From: Zygnema circumcarinatum SAG 698-1b
Taxonomy: Eukaryota; Plantae; Zygnematophyceae
Assembly (NCBI GenBank): GCA_037447605.1
Contig: CM074804.1
Span: 4,565,909 to 4,629,908, forward strand
Direction of reading: 5' to 3'
DNA length: 64,000 nt
A program made the translations under genes and the position numbers. The notes below the pieces were generated by a model that was not told where the DNA came from, did no database searches, and saw only the letters and a program-made list of their open reading frames with translations. Each line of letters starts with the position of its first letter. Position 1 is the stretch's first letter. This document shows positions 23,700 to 35,891 of this stretch, piece after piece.

Positions 23700-26600
23700 A
23701 TGGTGGAGGAGAGCTTCGAGGAGTTCTGCGATAAGTGGTGGCGCACGGCGGGGCAGGCGTTCTGCCGCGAGGTTCGAACCCTGCTGGCGAGCGTGCAAGA
23801 GCCACATGCGCTGGATGGGGAGGGGCCCTCGGAGGTGGTGGTGGGGGCGCTCGACAGCCACGTGGCGGGCGCCATGGAGGAGCTCGCGTTACTCCATGCG
23901 AGGAAGGGCCAGGCCACCATTGCGGACCCACTCGCTATGGCGGCGGGCCTCTGGAGGTCACCATTGGAAGGTGCGGGAGAGAATGGGGGAGGAGGGAGAG
24001 GCTGATAGGGGAGGAGGGAGGAATGGGGAGGGGTATGAAGGGAAGAAGAGAGGGAGGAGGGAGGAAGCGGGTCTGAGGGAGGAAGGAAGGAGGGGTGGGG
24101 GAGGGGAAGGGAAGGGAGGGCGTGGAGAGAAGGAGAGGAGGAGGAGGGAGTGTGGGGGCTGGAGGGAGGGAGGGAGGGAGGGGAGGGGCATGGAGGGAAA
24201 GGAAGGGAAGAATGCCGTATGGGGGACTGGAGGATGGGAGAAGAGAGGGTCGGAGAAGAGAGAAGAGATGGGGAGAGAGGTGGGGGGAATAACAAAAGGA
24301 AAACTGGGTGGGATGGAAGGGGAGGGGAAGGAGCAGGAGGAGGGGAAAGGTGAGGAGGGAGAGGGGGAGGGAGAGGGTGGGGAGACGTCGAAGGATAGCA
24401 AAACAATGGCAGATAGACGAAGAAGGGTGAGCGAGGTTTGACGAGTGGAGGAATGGAGAAAAAATGAAGACGGAGGAAGCAGATGGGCGAGCCGAGGGTG
24501 GGAAATGGATAGGAAGGAAGGAGCTAGAGGTACGGGAGAAGGGAAAGGGAAGGTGAGACGGAAATTGGAGGGGGGGAGAGGGAGAAGCGGTAGGGAGTGA
24601 GGTGGTCTGGGTGGGTAGGAAGGGTTCGGAGGAATCAGTAGTGGAGGCTGTGAGGCTTGGAAGGTTATTTTTAACAGATGGAGTCTAGGTAATCTGTGAC
24701 GGAAATCCAGCACATGCCATTAAAGACATGGATTGTTTGCTGCAGCCTCATTGCTTGTATCTCTACTTCTCCCTCTCCTTTTCCTCCCTTCCATCTCCAC
24801 GTCTTCCTCCACTGCTGCTTTTCTCCCACACCCCCCACCTTGCCCTTACTCTCCCACTCTCCTTATCTCCCCATCCCTCGTCTCCTCCCCATTTCTTCAT
24901 CCCTCTCCATTCCCTCCCGTTCTTCTGTTGCCTCTGATACTCCCCCCACCCCCCTTTTTCTGTCGCTTCTCTCTCTCCCTATTCCACTCCTCTCCCTATC
25001 CCTTTCCTTCTCCGTCCCTGTCCTCCATCTTATCCCTTTCATTTCTGTCCCTCCCTCTCCCTTCTCTCCTCTTCATCATCCTGTCTCTCCTTCCGCGCTT
25101 CCTCACCCTTCCCCCTTCCTCTCTCACCATCCCCTTTCTCCCTCCTTCCTTCCTTCCTCCGTCCCTCCCCGCTCCTCTCCCTCCTCCCCCCCCCTCCCTC
25201 CCTCCCCTCCTCCCCCCCTCCCTCCCCCCCTCCACCCCCCATTTCCCCCCCTCTCCCTCCCTCCCTCCTCCCGCCCTCCCTCCCCCTCCATGCCTCATGT
25301 CCCCCTCCGCCCTCCCTCCCTCCTCCCTCCCTCCCTCCCTCCCTCCTCCCTCCTCCCTCCCTCCCTCCTCCCTCCCTCCCTCCCTCCCTCCTCCCTCCCT
25401 CCCTCCACCCCTCCCCCCCCCCCCCGTGCAGCCGCGCTGATGTGGCTGGGCGGGTGGCGGCCCTCGGCGAGCGTGGTTTTGGCCTTCTCCCTCATGGCGG
25501 CGGACATGGCCGCGGGCGGGCCCGACCTCCCCCTCGCCCTCCTCGCCCGCCGCGCACCCGCAGCCTCGCTCGCAGCGCTCTCGCACGCACAGGTGCCGGA
25601 CTCCTCGCAAAAGGATATGTATGGGTGGCTTCTTTCGGGGTTTTAAAGTGTTTTTTTTTTTTTTTTTTTTGTTGTTGTCTCCCACCACTCCATTTCTCCC
25701 GCTTCCTAAGTTCACTACTTGCCAAGCTTTTTTTGTTATTTAATATTTTTTTCACCTCCCCTTTTTTTTCTTGCGGTTCCCTTTTTTGTTTTGCTTTGCA
25801 TTCATGATTGTGTCAATTTACAGAAGAACCTTAGGGGTGATGCCCTCTCCCTTCACTCCTCTTTGTCGCGCCGCCTTTCCCCAGCTTTCTCGTCCATCTT
25901 CTCCCTTGCTTCTCCACTTTCCTCTCCATTCCCTCCTTCCCTTCCCCGCTTCATCTTCCTTCCCATCATCTCCTCTCTCCCTCCTTCTCCCTGACCATCG
26001 AATTTTGTTTCCCCAAACTCCCTCTCCCTCCCTCTCCCTCTCCCTCTCCCGCCTCCATACCTTCCCCCTTCCAATCTCTCTTCCCATTCCTCCACCTCCT
26101 ACCTCCCACTCTCCCTCCTTCCCCCCTCCCCTCTCCACTAACTTTTCCCTCGCACCCTCCCTCTTCCCCTATCCTATCGATACCCTACCCACATCCACTC
26201 TCCCTCTCCCACTCCCTCTCCCTCTCCCTCTCTAACTTCCATTCCCCGTGCAGGTGACGCAGCTGGACGAGCTGCAGCGGCGTGCCCGGCAGGAGGAGGC
26301 GGACCTCTCCGCGCGGCTCTGCAGCGTGCAGGTGCGCCTCCCTGCTTGCTGCCTACCTCCCTCTTAACCTCCACCTTAACCTCCAACTTCTCCTTCTCCT
26401 AACAGCTTTCGTATAGACTTTCCTGACGACGTCCGCCCCCCTCCCTCCCTCACGTCTTTCATTTTTCAGATCTTGGTGGCCAATCAGGACGTCGCCTGCA
26501 CGCTGGTCGCGGAGACAAGGAGCGGGTCGCTGCTGACCGACCCCCTCCCCCTCCTCGAGGAGGCGGAGGGACCCCTACGGGGGGCGCTGCAGACAAGGCT

Positions 26601-27040
26601 CTCCGCCCTCTGCGGACTGCTGCTCGCAGCAGATGCTTTGCGTCTCAGAACGCTGCAGAATCTCGTCTCCCTCCTCTCTCCCATCCAGGTGCTCCCTCTC
26701 CCGCAGTAACCCGTAGTAAGGCGGAGTAACCTGCAGCAGCTCGCAATAAGCAGTGGAAGGCGTAGAGGTTGAGGTTAGGGGAGAAAAGAAGCGAGGGGGC
26801 TTGGAGAGAGGTAGAGTTAGTGGGAAAATGCTTCAGGAGCTTGGCGGTGATTAGGGTTTTGAGTGTAGTGAGACGGGGACGGTTGTTGAAGCGGAGAGAG
26901 TGAGAGAGAAGTTGAGACAGAGGAGAGAGTGAGAAAAAAGACATTAAAAAATAAGGAGAAAAGAAGGGGGGGAGGGGGAAGGCGAGAGAAATTTCGGCAG
27001 AAGGGAGGGAGAGAGAATGAAAGAAAGGGAGTGAGGTAGT

Positions 27041-27071
<31 letters not shown>

Positions 27072-27289
27072 TTTGCACAAGAGCGCGAGTGCACGAAGTC
27101 GCACTGACTGGCGCAGTGCCCGGGCCGCAGTCCGCGCAGTACCTTCTCGCCGCCATGGACCTCCTCCTCGCGCTGCACCGCGTGGGCGCCGCCGGCCTGC
27201 GCCCCGCGCTGCCGCCCGCACACACGCGCGCCGCGGACCTCGCGCTGCTCGCGGGGGGACCGCACCTCCTCTCGGCAGTGTCGCTGTCG
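23700..27289 (+). CDS. DOG1-family (DOG1-like, TGA C-terminal-type domain) protein
   Basis: Exons 23700-23970 (FEEFCDKWW...LWRSPLE), 25432-25592 (ALMWLGGWRPS), 26254-26331 (QLDELQRRARQEEADLS), 26470-26688 (ADALRLRTLQNLVSLLSPIQ), 27131-27289 (SAQYLLAAMDLLLALH). Hallmark DOG1-domain motifs and no bZIP seen. Further 3' exons (~27889-27982) are possible. Confidence 0.85.
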
Positions 27290-27322
27290 GTGGGGCCTCT
27301 GCCTCTTCCTGCTCGCCTCTTC

Positions 27323-27555
27323 TCCCCCTCACCTCCCTCCCTCCCTCCCTCCCTCCCTCCCTCCCTCCCTCCCTCCCTCCCTCCCTCCCTCCCTCCCTCC
27401 CTCCCTCCCTCCCTCCCTCCCCTCCCCCTCCCTCCCTCCCTCCCCTCCCCCTCCCTCCCTCCCTCCCTCCCCTCCCCCTCCCTCCCTCCCTCCCTCCTCC
27501 CTCCCTCCCTCCCTCCCTCCCTCCCTCCCTCCCTCCCTCCTCCCTCCCCTCCCCC
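27323..27555. repeat. (CCCT)n / (GGGA)n tract
   Basis: Direct read; near-pure ccct repeats over ~230 bp. Confidence 0.95.
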
Positions 27556-29192
27556 TCACCTTGCATGTCTTTTGCCTGCAAACCGATGTGGGAGTGAGGA
27601 GCTCAGCCCCTTCCTGGAGTCGGGTTTTCGGACAGCAGCGAGTACCACCGCAAGCCGGAGACCACGCTTGAGCTCAGTGAGGGCCTCGCCTTGACCTCCC
27701 ATAATTTTAATTTCTTTAGAGTAATTGTAGTTGTCCATCAAAATGATAAAAAAAAATGTGATGGACGATTAATGAATTAATAGCCCGATTCATCTTGGGC
27801 TAAAATTTAGTCGATATCACTGGAGAAGGGAGGACAACAAAGTGTAAAGGATGCATCTTGGGGGGGGGGGGAGGTGGTCAGGTCAACAGGAGAACGGTTT
27901 GCTGCAGCGCGCTTTGGAGGGAAGCGCTACCAGCACGCGCCTGCAGAGCCAGGGCTCCGCTTCTCTCGCGTCCTATGTTGAGGTGAGAAGCTTTTTAATT
28001 CCCCCTCCTCTCCCTCATTCCCTCTCCCCCCCCTTTCTCTCTCTCCTTGTCTTTCCTCTCCTTGGTGCTTGTTGCCTTCCTGTCTCTCCTCTCCAGAACC
28101 CTCTCTTTCGTTCCAATTCCTCCCACTTGCACTGCAGTGAGCTGTACATCATTTACGCCTATCTTTTGAAAGGGTGTGCTTGTCGTTGCGTCCTGCTGCA
28201 GCCGACGAAACGATGAGAAAGAACCTTTCAGACCGCCGGAGGGCTCTAGTAGGAAAGAGAGAGGTCCACTAACTGTTCGACATGGAGTTTTACTTGTACG
28301 TTAAGGGCAGTTCTTGGGTAAAAGTGTCTAATGAGCTTTCGTGAAGCTACGTTTAAGTCCGAGCTATACGATAGGAGGCTGCATGCAACAGGCGAAATAG
28401 CCTGCTTTACGGGAGGGAATGGCCGCTGAGGGAGCACATAGTTACGAGTGGTCCCCAAGGGTTAGGGTGCGAATAACCTGTCTCCGCCCGGATTCTCTGT
28501 GAGCGGTGCCGTACAAGAGCAAGAAATTAGAATAATATGAGGATCAGATTGTATAATATCTTTCGTTTGGGCTTCAGGGAGCCATCAAAGGTTGAGATTT
28601 TTGGGGGTTGGTGCGACATGAAGAGGGCGTTTCTTCTTCCTCGAACGATGCTGCTCTTTGCTGGCTATTTAGTTGATAGAAGGAGCGAGGGAGACATTGT
28701 ATGTTTTTAACGAAAGGCGGATTATGACAGCTTCGTTTTCCTCTTTTCTTAATCTACCGCTTTCTCTCCTCCCCTCCCCCCCCACCCCCCCCGTTTCTTT
28801 GTTTCTAACGCTTTTATGGTTTTGGCAACATCGGAAAGTGTCAGCCAGTTGAGATCACACTGTGAATTGCGAATTGCTGAACTTGTAGATACATCACGCT
28901 GCACGTAACATGATTGCACATTTTGCCTTGGCAATTCTTTCAAAACTTAACGTCAACTTATTTCACAAAAGTTGCGCACAGAAGCATTTAAAAATCAGGA
29001 AATAGAGAACAAAGGGGTCGTTCCTATGTTGCGGAACTTTTGGCTCTTCACATCATCGCCCAAATGTTGCAACGACGGTGGCTGCTTTAAGTGGTGGCTT
29101 TCTCCTCTCTTCTGTTGCGTACAAAAAAATCCCCACAAGCGTTCGACTTGGCGTTCAGGTTTACCGTTTGTTAGTAAGCTGTTGTCCACTGT

Positions 29193-32100
29193 TCAGGGCA
29201 CGGGACATGGCTTGATCTGCCAGATGTCGGCGGCGTATTGGCGGATGGTTCGGTCACTACTGAATTTCCCCGCAGAGGCTGTGCTGAGAATAGACATCTT
29301 GTTCCACTTATCTTTGTCCCTGCCATGTTTAGCAATCAGTAGAAAAGCATTTTGTCAATGTAAGGGCGGAAGAATGGATGAACTGCCGTGCTGTATTCAG
29401 TAAAATAGGAAGAGAAGACATAAACAATTGCATTTAATGGATGAATGGATGGATGATGAATGGATGGACTACTGGATGGATGAATGATCAAAGGACGCAA
29501 TTGCACTACTAGGAGGACATCGAAGAAGAATTGGGCAAAGCGTGAGACTGAAGGAGGCAGGCTACTCACAAGTAGGCTTCATCGACCTTTTCCTGGCAGT
29601 CTATGTATGATGGGAAGTCATAGCCGACCAGGAAGTAGTCTCCGCGGCCGTACCCGCTGTTCCCTTCCAGAGAGTCCAGCAACGGGCTGTAGTCATAGGA
29701 TCCAAAAGTTCCCTTCTTGATGTACTCCTTCGCTTCCTCAAAGCGGGGGTCCGGTGTGAACTGTGTGAGGAAGAGGCACAGGAAGGGGGGAGAGGGGGGG
29801 GGGAAAGGGGTTTGAAAAAAAGAATGAATGAAGGCATATGAAGGCAGAATAAGGGCAGAATAGCCTTGGGCCACGAATGCAAATACTTCAAATTTAATGC
29901 CACTTTGTGCGAGCGAGACTAGCATTCAAAGTATTATTTTATCACCTTTCCTTCTTCCCGTTCCTGACGAAGACGCGCAATATCTCCTGCTTGTGCTCCA
30001 AACAAAAAGAAATTTTCCTCCCCAATCTCTTCCCGAATTTCCACATTTGCGCCGTCAAGGGTGCCAATGATCAAGCAACCATTCAAAGTAAACTTCATAT
30101 TGGAGGTTCCGCTGGCCTCCATGCCTGCAGTACTGATGTGCTGCGAGAGCTCGCTTGCCGGAATAACCATCTCTGCCACTGTTACATTATAGTTGGGGAT
30201 GAAGACCACCTGCCGAAACTCTCTCTGATGTTAAACTTTACGCGAATGGTAACTCTTCTTCTTCTTATTTCTTTTTTCCTGCTATGTGACTTCATGTCTG
30301 CACTTGCTCCCCAGTTATTGCCCTACTTCTTGCTTACTACTTACCTCCTCTTTTCATGGTTTTCCCTTTCACCGACCTTATATGAGAATCGCTCCATGCT
30401 TAATGAAATCATTCCCCCGAATGCTTGTTGGTGAAAGATATTCCATTTCATTGCACTCAATTGGCTAAACATGTGATCTCCTAAAATGAAGCGTGACACA
30501 CCTTAAGTAAATCTCCAACATCAGCATCGTTGTTGACAATCTTCCCCACATCTGTAACGAGCTTAACAATTCGCTTGGCTTGGGTGTAGGTTGCAAATGC
30601 CTTGCCGCCCAACATCACAGTCCGTGGAGCAACCTTCCTCCTCTCGTCTTCATTCATTTCCTGCTCCCACAGATGAGTGGAAATGATGAGTACTTCCGAA
30701 AGTCTTGGTATGACCACTTCGCTAAACTTCTGTTGGAATTAAACTGACTGATTGTTTTCGCACTTCTTTACTATCGTTCTTTTTTTGCTTCTCTCGGTTG
30801 TCATTCTGTCTCCTACGTGCTAATACAGAACGACGAATCTTCAGAAGATGTAAGGCCAGTTTAAGGCAGAGCATAAATTGATCTCGCATCTCGGAATTAT
30901 CTGAAGAAGTTTGTAACATATTGTTTTCATTGAAATTGAAAGTTTCAGGACGATGAAAACCAAAAAAAGTGACCATAACTGTGTTGTGCATACCTTTATT
31001 TTTTTGTAGCGATAAACGACTCCCAAAATATTCAAAAGCTGGCGTTTGTACTCATGAATGCGCTTGATTTGAATGTCAAACATAGTATCGGAGTTGATGA
31101 CCACTCCTGTAACTTGCTTAATGTATTGAGCAAGACGAATCTTGTTCGCCTTCTTTGCTGCGGCCCACTCCTTATGGAGTTGCTGGTCATCAGCATACTG
31201 CAAAAGGTAGCGATTCAAAAGGAACAAATTAAAGGTAAAGTTATATTGATCACGGCAAATATTGCAGGGATTTATGATAGAAATATTTAGGTAAGAAAGT
31301 TGCGACATGCGGTCGAGAAAAGCATCATTGCCGAAAGCAACTACATTTTTTTTTAACTAGCATTTTGTGAAATGTCTTCCAAGCATGCTCTGAATGGACC
31401 CTTTCAATCACACAGTGCAGCAATATCGCGTCACAAGCCTTGCGTTGCGATAGAGCTGCAGTCTGTCTCACCTTTCTCAGACCCTTGAGAAGGTCAAGGT
31501 TTGAGACCCAATCTTCAGTTCCCAGCCACTTGGTAATAATGGCGCTTAGCTCGACACTGCAAAAGCGCAGCCAGCGTCGTGGAGTGATCCCATTTGTCTT
31601 GTTTTGCAGCTTTTCTGGCCAAATGGAGTTGTAGTCTGAAAACAGCTCCTCCTTCAATATTTTGCTGTGGAGTTCAGCGACTCCATTCACCTACAATTGC
31701 GAAAACGACTCAAATAAGATGCTTGTACATGTCATGTCATCTCATGCTGTGTTTCAACTTCCTGGCTCAAATTCTGGGCAGAACTTACCGCATGAGTAGC
31801 GATACAGCAAAGTTTTGCCATATGAATGACCGGCTTTGCCGGATTACTCGTGTTGTCCAAAGGTCGAAGATTCTCAAGTTTCCCTTCCAGGTCAGACCGG
31901 TCCTTTTTCACGAATTCACAGAACTGAAACACATGGACATTAAACAGCATCAGCGTCCTATAACCCGGAAAACCTGAATCCCGCATGACCATACGACTGA
32001 TCATGCCATCTCTCTCTATCTGACTGATCAAAACAACCCCAACCAATCACTTTCTTGTCTTCAATATCTTTGAAATGCATAGCTTTTCGGCTTAGCTGAA

Positions 32101-34909
32101 AAATCAAACTGAAGCATTTTTTAAGTAATTCGTATGTGTTTGTACGAGTGGATGCAGGCTTTTTAGAAAGGGGTACCTGCTTGTCAATCTCTGCGATAAT
32201 TTCAAGATGTCGAGGAAGGAGTTTCGCCATAACAGATTGTGGCCACTTTTCCAACGCTTCCGGAAGCACAGTATGATTCGTGTAGCCGCACGTGCTGCAC
32301 ATGTCAACTTGATGGTTCAGCAACAAGCTGTAGAAACATCAAAGCAACACTTTATAGAGAAGGTACCATTGGACATCAAAGCTATTCCCAAGAAAACAAA
32401 CGAGCAGGTCAGAATCTTACTTGTACGTTATTTTCCAAGCCTCATCCCAACCGAGGTTTTCGTCATCCATGAGGATCCGCATAAGCTCTGGAACAGCTAA
32501 TGTTGGATGTGTATCGTTCATCTGGAGGGCTACTTTCGATGGGAACTCCTCCCAGTTAATGGGCTTTCCTGGTGGCCTGCGCTCCTTAAATCTCGCAATA
32601 ATGTCCTGCATCAACATACCGGCCTACGTCATTAGCCTTTACGAAGCGATAAATCACACGCCACGCGATTATACTCCTGTCTATAGAATAGCCGACGAGA
32701 ACAGAGAATTTCCATCTTGTAACTGCAGCACATAATGCGCTTTCCCAACGAGGACAATGAACAGCCGCAACCGTACCTGGACAGACGCGCTGCACAGCAA
32801 ATATTGCTGTTTCAATCGGAGAAGCTTTCCCTCCTCTGTGCTATCTCCAGGATACAGCACAAGGCAGATCTGCGGATTAAAGCATCATTCCATGTCAGAG
32901 CTGATAATGGTGAGGCTTGTGTGCGAGCATTCTAAAAAGGGTTTACTGTGTACGTCTTATCTGGACGGGGGCTCCATCGACGATCTCAGAATTTTGTAAG
33001 AATGAAGAAATGACGAGACCCTACCTGTTCAGCTTTCGCTTGGAGAAGACTTGCTTTTTCGTGCTCCCCAGCATTGAAAGCATAAAGATCAAACTTCGCT
33101 GCAGGTGCGCGGGCATCCCATAATCTAAGACTGATAGTGTTTTTTGTCTTATATCCAGGTATCGGCACATCGTATGCAAGAGCATTGACGACTTCCCCTC
33201 CTGTCCACTTCTTCCTGCACCAAACAAACAAAGCAGGAGAGATGAATGAGATTTTCATTGACAACCATCAAGCAGAAGTCGTGAAGAATTTGGAAGGCGT
33301 CCCAGTTTAGTACAGAACATTGTGACTAATTAATTTTAGTAATGATTTTCCAACACTTACTTGCCGTCCGGGCTGGTTGCAACCTGACCGAAAAATCGCA
33401 CCGGGTACACGACATCATGGCGGACGATCTCCCAAGGGCTAAACTTCTGTTAGGCAGAGAAACGTACAGCCATATAGTAATTCGCCAACGCCAACTTGAA
33501 AAGGAACAAGAGAGAAACTGTTTTCAAATCACAGACGACTAGGTACGTTTTTTGTAATCAGGGCGAGAGTTGACTTTGCCGGCAGGTCTCCTGCCCTAGA
33601 TGGGCTCTGGTACTTTAGGCCTGGTAATCTTGCAAACATAAAACTTGCATGACTTCAGAATAACTAAAAAATTGTGTACTAGTAGGGTCAGTCAAAAGAC
33701 GGACCTCGAGCCAGTCTTCTGCCACTTCTTCTTGACCGTTTTCTGTGATCTTTTGGGCAAATAACCCGTATTTATATCGCAGGCCATAACCCCACGCGGG
33801 AAGATTCAATGTTGCGAATGAATCCAAGAAGCAAGAAGCTAACCTGCAGACAACGTTGCACATGCGGATTCTGTTATATTTAAACCTGAAAGGTGTTCTC
33901 CAAATCGTCCTTTAGTGCCTGGAATGCCATCCACAGTAGCTCAGGACCAAGCCTCACGATTTCATTCACAGATCTTCCCATACGCTTTGCTCAGTAACTG
34001 CTGACTAATATCTCCGTCAGTTGCTGGACGAGAAACCACTGTGTTCTCATTCATTACCCCTGCCAATTCATTTGCACATACCTGCCAAGACCTCCATTTC
34101 CAAGTGCTGCGTCACGCTCCTGACCCGAGACATTCAAACAGCAAGAACCATGTAAGTTTTTGGCTTTTGCTATTTAATTCACATTTGTTGAGACAGAAAA
34201 ATATTTTGGCATGATAGTCAATCACAGCAACGCTTTAATAAAGAACGAAATTTGCAAAACGAACTGACAATTTCAAATTGAAGTGGAACTCTACCAAGGA
34301 ACAGTTTTGAGCATCAAGCGCGAGATTTACCTGTTCAGCAATGTTCTCTAAATCGCAACCCAATTTATGCAGAGCTGCGCTATATGTATCAGTAACGCCA
34401 AGATTTCCCATTGCATTGGTCAAAGCCCGCCCTTGGAGAAACTCCATGCTCAAATAATAAGCTTGCTTTGGATCTTCCTTTTGAAAGTGAGCGTACGTTT
34501 CATTCCATCCCTGCATCGGTCATTACATAAACTTGAATGTCAATAACTTGAAAACATAGCAATGATGATGATGTCCTCGTAAACAATGCAGCAAATTCAT
34601 TCAGCCTGGTCACTTATTTCCTTGCGTCTCTAATCGCCTTTGCTCCAGTTTCATAAGTTCATTTAATAGAGTGCTTCGGTTCACCTGTATGAGAGTGTTC
34701 TGTAGACTGAGTGCAGTTGCGTAGAACGCCTGCTCAGGCTCAAACTTGATCGGCGAAAAATGGGGCTGAAACAGCTGATTGTATTTAATGTTTGCGGCAA
34801 CTCCGAAGGCATCTGTTGGCGTTTCCGGCACCACTCCTGACAAAAGACCTTTCTCCACTCCATTTGAGCTCTGGACTGTCTCCTTGTTAGCAGCAACAGG
34901 ACCAACCAT
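29193..34909 (-). CDS. PHS2: Alpha-glucan phosphorylase, cytosolic H-type (PHS2-like), multi-exon
   Basis: [109 protein letters not shown]. There is no L78 insertion between EIDKQ and the downstream conserved block, and no obvious transit peptide. Confidence 0.96.
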
Positions 34910-35162
34910 CTTACCGCCAATGGAGGATGTCCCTTCAATCTGTTCTCAGGCTCTACTCGTTCCTAACTCCCAGAAGCACTTCCTCTCCCTCCCTCCCTCC
35001 CACTCTCTCAGCAATGTTCCAAAGACTGCAGGCCACCATTCTCTCCATCTTTTCTCATCTGGACACACTTATATACTCGTTATCCCCCGCGTTGTCCGTG
35101 GGCGCAGGGGCGCTGCCAGCCATCTCGCTCCTCAGCGATCTCCGCCGACGCGCTCTCCGCTC

Positions 35163-35314
35163 GCCACGCGGACGGGCGCGGCCTCTCTGCGGCTGCCACG
35201 TTGCACACACTTCTTTCCACTCGGTGCCACGTGGCGTGTTCCGCTGGAAAGCGCCACGTGGTGCGAGCTTTCGTCGAGCACTTTGGCAGAGTGCTGGCGA
35301 TCGTGCCACGTGTC
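35163..35314. promoter_or_regulatory. G-box/ABRE cluster upstream of the phosphorylase gene
   Basis: GCCACGTGGC (35226-35), GCCACGTGGT (35253-62), GCCACGTGTC (35305-14), plus GCCACGTTGC (35195) and GCCACGCG (35163). Confidence 0.6.
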
Positions 35315-35891
35315 ATTTTTCAACGGTTGTGGAAGAGTCGGTGGAGAGTGTACGGCTGCACGGTGAGTTGTTGAAATGGAGAGCAATGGGAGGGTTAACT
35401 AACTGGAAGGAAGTTCAGGGGAGAAGAGCAACGGGAGAGTGAAAAGATGGAGAGAAAGCAGTCGTGCCACGAGGATTCGTTTTTCCATGAATATGGAGCT
35501 TGTAAAAGGGTTTCATGGACGGTGATGATGGAAATAGCGATCCCTCTAAACTAAAAACTGGAAGTGTTGGAACGAATTTGAGACTTAAACTCATGATGTA
35601 CAAAGCATTTTGCTCACAAAATAGATGCTTGACATAGATACATCTGCGATAGTTTTGCCAAGACCGGCTGCTAAGACAAAGCTTCTGCAACTTCATGCAA
35701 CTCCCAGGAGGAATCACAAGCCCACACAATCCAAGGAGCGTTGTATTGCTCTCAGTCGCAAAAGATGGGTACACAGACCCAAAATGCTACGAAACGCCGT
35801 CATTTTCTAAACTGCAACCTGAAACTGCCATCAAACTGCCAGCCTGAATCCACGCTAGGAATCTTAAAGCTAAAGGCCTCTAAGTCCGGAG

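Noticed and set aside
23155-25715. Long ORFs (428, 338, 316, 251, 239 aa) overlapping the DOG1-like intron
   Set aside because: Translations of GGA/CCT simple repeats.
27695-27830. AT-rich segment with small hairpins (GTCCATCA/TGATGGAC; TAGCCC/GGGCTA)
   Set aside because: Stems are too short and there is no TIR or TSD, so a MITE call is unsupported.
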